A stretch of 64,000 nucleotides of DNA from Minisyncoccota bacterium. Its GTDB lineage: Bacteria > Patescibacteriota > Minisyncoccia > Phycocordibacterales > CAIZLB01. The number at the start of each line of letters is the position of its first letter. Positions within the stretch are counted from its first letter, which is position 1. Position numbers and translations under genes: made by a program. Shown here piece after piece: positions 58,774-64,000 of this stretch. The stretch spans positions 4,465 through 68,464 of the forward strand of contig JAIPIA010000001.1 of assembly GCA_021734945.1 (NCBI GenBank), read 5' to 3'. The notes beneath the pieces were generated by a model, which had not been told where the DNA came from, ran no database searches, and worked only from the letters and a program-made list of their open reading frames with translations.

Positions 58774-59340
58774 TTATCTGAAGCCTGGCATCGCTGACTG
58801 GAGCACTTCGGTATAATGTTTGTTTCCATCGATATAATCTCTCAGTATTAATAGAAGATTTTTAAACATATATGCTCCTGGGTTTATTTTCTCGTTTTTA
58901 CAGAACAGCTCAATCATTATTGCTACATAGTCCAAAGAAAGTGTGTAGTCTTGTTCGATGTGTGCATATCTTGTCGTAATTTCATTGATAGTTTCAAGTT
59001 GATATTTATTTCTGTCTTCAACAGATATAAATGGTGATGTACGTTCGTAGAAATCGATATAGTACTGAACTATAGATCGTACATCATCTCGGTACTGCGG
59101 AATTTTTAACAATAAATCTACCACCCAAAAAGTGTGAGTTGGTGGAGTCATTACTTTACTAGCTCCAGGCACGAGAATTTTTATAACAAAGTCTATGTCT
59201 GGTCTCGTGCCTCGATTACCTTGGAATAATCCAATCAAGGTTCCGTCACGAGTTGCATATGTTTTAAAGGCGACGAGGCGAGGTCTCAGCTGTCCGAGGT
59301 CAGTTCCATTATAGTATTTTGAATTATAGATGTGTGGCAT
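58774..59340 (-). CDS. hypothetical protein (188 aa); possible second R-M or defense component
   Basis: Tail-to-tail with the PD-(D/E)xK gene, with abutting stop codons. No recognised motif. Confidence 0.35.
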   Translation of the reverse strand: MPHIYNSKYYNGTDLGQLRPRLVAFKTYATRDGTLIGLFQGNRGTRPDIDFVIKILVPGASKVMTPPTHTFWVVDLLLKIPQYRDDVRSIVQYYIDFYERTSPFISVEDRNKYQLETINEITTRYAHIEQDYTLSLDYVAIMIELFCKNEKINPGAYMFKNLLLILRDYIDGNKHYTEVLQSAMPGFR

Positions 59341-59510
59341 TAGGTCAATTATAGCAAAAAGTAGACTGTTGGTAACCCGAGCTTCGCAAGGCTCTATATC
59401 TAAGCTAGAGTCTAGATAGATAGCTCTGTTTTTGCTATCATGTACTTATACAACAAAGACCTAACCCCTTAGAAAACGCTTAGTTTCCTAAGGATATGGT
59501 CGGAATAATA

Positions 59511-59680
59511 AAACCGCTACAGTATAGAAGACTCCTCGTCAGAGTCACTGTAGCGGTCGCGTACCCGAAAGGGTATGTGGGTCTGATCGAAAGATTGGAT
59601 CACAATGGCGGGGAGTCTTCTGTCTCACGACTCAAGGCTTCTTGCTAATTACCAGCATTAAGTCAAAACCGCTACAGTGA
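59511..59680 (+). repeat. GC-rich structured element bounded by 13-bp direct repeats (aaaccgctacagt) with nested inverted repeats
   Basis: The direct repeat sits at 59511-59523 and 59666-59678, with an inverted copy actgtagcggt at 59547-59557. gaagactcc (59527) pairs with ggagtcttc (59612). tacccGAAAgggta is a tetraloop hairpin. GC content is far above the flanks. Confidence 0.4.
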
Positions 59681-60150
59681 CTCAAAAAAATAATGATCTG
59701 GATAAGATCAATAAAAATATCTACATTAAAACCTATGTGGTCAGTATTGTTTCGTACCTGATTCTCGTAGGACTCATCTCAACCTTTCTTGAAAGTCCGT
59801 TTATTCAAACACTTTTAGTTACAGCAGGAGCTCTTCTTGTTTGGACTATATTCAAATCGATCATTGGTTCAGTTACATTCAATTTGTTCTTTAGAAATGA
59901 TCTAATTGAAAAGTACCTACACGAGTTTAAGGCGAATGATTTTCCTAAACCACAGGATTATGAAATGGAAGAGGTTGAATCGTACTTACAAACAATTGCG
60001 ATGAATCCTGATAATCATCCAAAAAATATTGTTGCCACAGGAATGCTTAGCGAATTTGGGCACGCCCGTACTCAAGGAAGTATGCTCGTCTTACTCAGAC
60101 TGACAAAGGTTATGAAAAAGGCTTTGAGGAAATATAGCTACTTCAGTTAA
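59677..60150 (+). CDS. hypothetical membrane protein (GTG start inside the direct repeat; start uncertain)
   Basis: 157-aa ORF with two TM helices. Confidence 0.3.
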   Translation: MTQKNNDLDKINKNIYIKTYVVSIVSYLILVGLISTFLESPFIQTLLVTAGALLVWTIFKSIIGSVTFNLFFRNDLIEKYLHEFKANDFPKPQDYEMEEVESYLQTIAMNPDNHPKNIVATGMLSEFGHARTQGSMLVLLRLTKVMKKALRKYSYFS

Positions 60151-60550
60151 TAGGTTATCCACATTCGATATCTCAAAAACTCTATAAAGTAGCGTTATTT
60201 TGAAAGTGACAGAAATGAGTCTCAAAAAGACACTTGCAGTCTCATGATTTGTGATAAAATAATCACAGAAGCACTAAGACATCCCCCATATTGAAACGGC
60301 TGAGAATCAAATCAGCTAAGTCTATGCAATGTAGCCTAGATGGAAAACCCACAGAAACTATCTTCTGATAGTAGAATGACGCTGGTGACCATATCTGGCA
60401 ATAGAAATTTTTAACTCCAAAGGTTAAAGGTTCTATTGCTTGCAGGTCGACACAATAGACAAAAACCCGCCTTTGGTATTAAAGATAACTTTGATATCGT
60501 AGGCGGTTTTTTGTTGCTTCTAGATTACAAATTAATTATCTAGCAAGTAT

Positions 60551-61873
60551 ATGAACAAAGAAAATCTAAAGATTGTGTACGTCTCAATCTACAGCCTTGT
60601 CGCAAATGACAAGAATCCACGCAAATGGAGTGAGGAACAAAAGGAACAGCTCAAGGAAAGCATCAAACGATTCGGCAACGTCGATCCGATAATCGTGAAC
60701 ACACACGAGGAAAGGAAAAATATAATCGTCGGAGGACATTTTCGTGTGGAAGCGTGTAAGGAACTGGGATACAAGAATATGCCAGTCGTATTCGTGAATC
60801 TCACACCAGAAAAAGAAGCAGAACTAAACCTTAGACTCAACCGCAATCAAGGAGAGTTTGATCTTGAGATGCTCGCTGAGTTCGACAGCTCAATGCTTCT
60901 TGATATTGGATTTACTTCAGAAGATATCGACGATATTTTTCCAACTGACAAAAATGAAGAGCAATTTGATCTACAAAAGGAATTGGATAAGCTCGATATC
61001 ACAGTCGAAGCCAAGAAAGGTGAAATATACGATCTCGATGGGTCACGACTTATGATTGGTGATTCTACAATCGAAGCAGATATGTTGAAACTCATAGGTG
61101 ACAACAAAGTGGACATGGTTCTTACAGATCCTCCATATATTCTTGATTATCTAAAAGGTAAAGGTCGTGGTAAAGATGGTCCGACTGTCGGGTTCGGTTC
61201 AAAGAAGAATCGCAGATATTTGGAGACTGATGTTTTACCTGAAAACTTCTCTGATCTATGGATGGCAAATGTCGCAAAGGTACAAAAACCAGACTTCTCG
61301 ATTATTATCTTTGAGAATCCTAAAAATCTACGAACCATATGGAATGCACTCGAGGTTCATTGGAAATACAGAAACACTATCACATGGCATGTACCAAATC
61401 GTATGCAGGGATTTTCTGCTTCAAACAAGTTCTTCAACAAGACAGATATCGCACTCGTTGGATCTTCAGGAGAAGTAAATCTCAATCTTGAACCAGAAGA
61501 AGGCTTGTTCCAAAACGAATATGAGAATGCAATATTTGCCACTTCAGGAAAACCTCACTTTGAGCCGTATGAGAAAGGAAAGAAAATCTGTCCGACAGAC
61601 TTCATATCTCATACCGCCGCAGATAAAAAGTCTTCAGGGCAAGAAATTATCTTCGGAACAAAACCAATTGAGCTCCTCATTCCATATCTGAAAGTACTCA
61701 CCAAGAGAAATGATCTCATTCTTGAACCATTCGGAGGAAGTGGAAGTACGCTCATCGCTTCAGTGAAGATGGGTCGCCGTTGCTTCATTATGGAAAAATC
61801 ACACGTATATGCAGAAGTCATTATGAACCGCTGGGAGAAAGAGACTGGTAAGAAGCGTAAGAAAATTAACTAG
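60551..61873 (+). CDS. ParB-like nuclease domain fused to a beta-class N6A/N4C DNA methyltransferase (phage/plasmid-type orphan methylase)
   Basis: N-terminal ParB/Srx fold (IVYVSIYSLVANDKNPRKW...IIVGGHFRVEACKELG). Then methyltransferase motif IV VLTDPPY and motif I LEPFGGSGSTLIAS. Confidence 0.8.
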   Translation: MNKENLKIVYVSIYSLVANDKNPRKWSEEQKEQLKESIKRFGNVDPIIVNTHEERKNIIVGGHFRVEACKELGYKNMPVVFVNLTPEKEAELNLRLNRNQGEFDLEMLAEFDSSMLLDIGFTSEDIDDIFPTDKNEEQFDLQKELDKLDITVEAKKGEIYDLDGSRLMIGDSTIEADMLKLIGDNKVDMVLTDPPYILDYLKGKGRGKDGPTVGFGSKKNRRYLETDVLPENFSDLWMANVAKVQKPDFSIIIFENPKNLRTIWNALEVHWKYRNTITWHVPNRMQGFSASNKFFNKTDIALVGSSGEVNLNLEPEEGLFQNEYENAIFATSGKPHFEPYEKGKKICPTDFISHTAADKKSSGQEIIFGTKPIELLIPYLKVLTKRNDLILEPFGGSGSTLIASVKMGRRCFIMEKSHVYAEVIMNRWEKETGKKRKKIN

Positions 61874-61875
61874 AT

Positions 61876-62262
61876 ATGGCAGTAGATCTAAAGATCAAGA
61901 AGCAAAAGGAAGTTCTGCTTGAGCATCTGCGTACTGTGCCGATTGTTGAAGTAGCTTGCAAGAAAGGAGGAATCTCCAGAGCTACTTTCTATCGCTGGTG
62001 TAGTGACGATGAAGAGTTCAAGACAGAAGTTGAGAACGCCAAGGTAGATGGTGTTGAGAACATAAACGATATGTCGGAAGCTCAACTCATTTCTCTCATC
62101 AGAGAGAAAAAGTATCAAGCTATAGCACTGTGGCTCAAGAACAATCACTATAGATTTATGTCGGAGGACAAGCAAAACCTCATCAGGAAAGTTCAAAAGA
62201 AAACCGAGCTTAATCTCCAACAGAAGGAGTTACTCAAAGAAGCCCTCAAACATTACAAATGA
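61876..62262 (+). CDS. terminase small-subunit-like HTH protein
   Basis: N-terminal HTH ACKKGGISRATFYRWCSDDEEF, typical of TerS and phage DNA-binding proteins. Overlaps the next gene via ATGA. Confidence 0.4.
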   Translation: MAVDLKIKKQKEVLLEHLRTVPIVEVACKKGGISRATFYRWCSDDEEFKTEVENAKVDGVENINDMSEAQLISLIREKKYQAIALWLKNNHYRFMSEDKQNLIRKVQKKTELNLQQKELLKEALKHYK

Positions 62263-63449
62263 AAAAACTATCTCCAGAAGTAATACAGGCAGTCATTAAT
62301 GACACTGCCGTGCGAACTGCACTCGTGTACCAAAATCACGAGGCATTTTGCAGTATCTACCTCAGGAGACATTTGAAATATGAGTTTGCTTGGTTCCATA
62401 AGGAGATGTTTCGGATTACCGAGTCATACCAACACAAGCTCAACGTATTCATGGCATTTAGAGGTTCAGGAAAGTCGACAATCCTGAACCTTTCTAATGT
62501 CCTGTGGAGTATTACAGGAAAGCATCAAAAGAAATTTGTAATAGTAGTAAGCAAGACTCGTGTTCAGTCACAATCTCATTTCGATAACATAAAGCAAGAA
62601 CTCGAAGAAAACGAATTACTCAAACATGACCTCGGTCCATTCCAAGCGACCAAGGAAGATTGGGGTGCATACACTATTGAAATACCAAAGTACGGAGCAA
62701 AGATTATGTGCATTGGAGCCAATCAAAACATACGAGGACTCAAGTATCGTGATCACCGTCCTGACCTAATTATCTGTGACGATATCGAGGATATAAACTC
62801 ATTTACTGACAGAGACCAAATCAAGACTCTCTATGACTGGTTTATGGGAGAACTCTGGTCTATCGGTGACGAAACTATAAATATTGTTGTTCTTGGAAAC
62901 TTGCTCAGCCCATCTTCAATCATGATTAAGTTGTACAAAGCTATTAAGAAAAAAGAAATGCCGGGCATATTCAAAGCGTATCCGCTTCTCGATGATTACA
63001 ATCGCATTCTATGGTCAGCAAAGTATCCTGATGCAAAGACTATTAAAGAAATTGAGCGAGGTTTGCCACGACCACGACGAGATGACTTATATACAATATT
63101 CTCTCGTGAATATTTGTTAGATATGTCCTTGGTTGATACTGATGAGATGCTAGAGAAGCACAAAACACCAATACGTGCTGGCGGAAAGACAGTAAAGAGT
63201 TTTGATATCTCTGCTCCAATGTGGGCTATTGGAACAGTGTGGTATTTTCCTGATGATTTAAGTAATTTCAATTTAGCCGTTGATGATCTGGATGGTTATC
63301 CACTTGAGAAATATATTGAAATTGAAAAGGAATATATTAAATTACAGCAAGAGAAGTATCCAAACTATCAGGTAAAGGTGAGAGGCAGTCAAGGTGAGTC
63401 ACGTGGGTTTGAGGATCACCCTGATAGACCGATGAGGTATAGGGGGTAG
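62259..63449 (+). CDS. terminase large-subunit-like ATPase (short; nuclease domain appears truncated or divergent)
   Basis: Walker A AFRGSGKST, Walker B LIICDDIED, with TerL-like spacing. Only 396 aa. Confidence 0.45.
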   Translation: MKKLSPEVIQAVINDTAVRTALVYQNHEAFCSIYLRRHLKYEFAWFHKEMFRITESYQHKLNVFMAFRGSGKSTILNLSNVLWSITGKHQKKFVIVVSKTRVQSQSHFDNIKQELEENELLKHDLGPFQATKEDWGAYTIEIPKYGAKIMCIGANQNIRGLKYRDHRPDLIICDDIEDINSFTDRDQIKTLYDWFMGELWSIGDETINIVVLGNLLSPSSIMIKLYKAIKKKEMPGIFKAYPLLDDYNRILWSAKYPDAKTIKEIERGLPRPRRDDLYTIFSREYLLDMSLVDTDEMLEKHKTPIRAGGKTVKSFDISAPMWAIGTVWYFPDDLSNFNLAVDDLDGYPLEKYIEIEKEYIKLQQEKYPNYQVKVRGSQGESRGFEDHPDRPMRYRG

Positions 63450-63476
63450 TCTGGTTTTTGACTTATTATTGTGTTC

Positions 63477-63506
63477 TTGCAATATACCCCCTAGGGGGTA
63501 TATAAT
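63477..63506 (+). promoter_or_regulatory. sigma70-like promoter with an embedded perfect 20-bp palindrome; predicted CsoR operator
   Basis: -35 TTGCAA (63477-63482), 18-nt spacer consisting of tataccccctagggggtata (63483-63502, a perfect palindrome), -10 TATAAT (63501-63506). csoR ATG at 63516. Confidence 0.5.
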
Positions 63507-63515
63507 ATATTTATT

Positions 63516-63779
63516 ATGAATTCAAACAAACAAAAGTTAATTCGACGCTTAAAGATTGTAGAGGGTCAGGTACGAGGATTACAGGAGATGCTTGCAAAAG
63601 ATGCATACTGCATCGACATAATTACTCAAACATCGGCGGTCAAACAAGCACTCTCAGGTATTGAAGATGCTCTAATGGAAAATCATTTGAGTACATGTGT
63701 AATTTCTCAAATAAAGAAAGGTAAAGAAAAAACAGCTGTTCAAGAAATACTTAAGGTTTATCAACTTAAAAGAAAATAA
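63516..63779 (+). CDS. csoR: CsoR/RcnR-family metal-sensing transcriptional repressor (copper-sensitive operon repressor)
   Basis: LIRRLKIVEGQVRGLQEML..DAYCIDIITQTSAV..AL.....HLSTCV has the conserved C-H-C metal ligands and the DUF156 fold. 87 aa. Confidence 0.8.
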   Translation: MNSNKQKLIRRLKIVEGQVRGLQEMLAKDAYCIDIITQTSAVKQALSGIEDALMENHLSTCVISQIKKGKEKTAVQEILKVYQLKRK

Positions 63780-63782
63780 AAC

Positions 63783-64000
63783 ATGAACACACCAAAAACC
63801 TACAAAATAAAAGGGATGCACTGTGCTTCATGTGCAGGCATCATCGAAAAAACTTTCAAGAAAACTGAAGGTGTTGAATCGGTTGAAGTAAATTACGGAA
63901 CTGAAACTGCCAAAGTAGCGTTTGATGAATCAAAGACTAATCCGCACCATCTCTCAGAGAAAATAGAAAAGCTTGGTTATACGCTCATTCTTCCCGATGA
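63783..64000 (+). CDS. heavy-metal-associated (HMA) domain protein, N-terminal part: CopZ-like chaperone or the N-terminus of a CopA Cu-ATPase; truncated by the window end
   Basis: YKIKGMHCASCAGIIEK (GMxCxxC) ferredoxin-like HMA fold, immediately downstream of csoR. Confidence 0.8.
   Translation, partial: MNTPKTYKIKGMHCASCAGIIEKTFKKTEGVESVEVNYGTETAKVAFDESKTNPHHLSEKIEKLGYTLILPD

Larger units (their letters stand above)
51754..63449. mobile_element. probable integrated mobile element or degenerate prophage/defense island (boundaries approximate)
   Basis: Serine recombinase, KAP NTPase, an R-M cassette, a ParB-methyltransferase fusion and terminase small and large subunit genes are contiguous. 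Several genes carry phage- or plasmid-typical domains. Confidence 0.45.

Noticed and set aside
1-64000. CRISPR arrays and rRNA genes
   Set aside because: No regularly spaced short direct repeats and no rRNA-like conserved segments were seen anywhere in the window.

Overview
AT-rich bacterial chromosomal window. Gene content and layout suggest a small-genome, CPR/Patescibacteria-like organism, but that is inference and I cannot confirm it. Core housekeeping genes dominate. The clearest calls are a KH-protein/trmD pair, rpoB-rpoC followed directly by dnaG-rpoD, hisS, truB, gpmI, eno, dus, dnaX, and two tRNAs (Phe-GAA, Gln-TTG). Accessory content falls into five blocks. (1) A 2179-aa secreted FN3/Ig-like/Gly-rich giant protein with a C-terminal peptidoglycan-binding domain and three near-identical internal DNA repeats. 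(2) A type IV pilus/competence-like locus: a GspE/PilB ATPase, a PilC platform protein and two prepilin-like proteins. (3) A thiol-disulfide/metal cluster: DUF305, three DsbA paralogs, DsbB, a membrane CxxC protein and a P1B-type ATPase. (4) A probable integrated mobile/defense island at roughly 51.7-63.5 kb. It carries a large serine recombinase, a KAP-family P-loop NTPase with TM helices inserted in the NTPase domain (Tmn-like), a DpnII-like GATC restriction-modification cassette (alpha Dam-like plus beta DpnA-like methyltransferases in convergent, overlapping arrangement, and a small PD-(D/E)xK protein), a ParB-methyltransferase fusion, and terminase small and large subunit remnants. (5) A csoR-HMA copper module whose perfect 20-bp palindromic operator sits inside a sigma70-like promoter. 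Other points of interest: K/A/P-rich N-terminal tails on RpoD, enolase and TrmD; GC-rich structured intergenic segments likely to be ncRNAs (rpoC-dnaG spacer, ~42.8-43.5 kb upstream of dnaX, ~59.5 kb inside the island); and a degenerate tRNA-like element next to tRNA-Phe.
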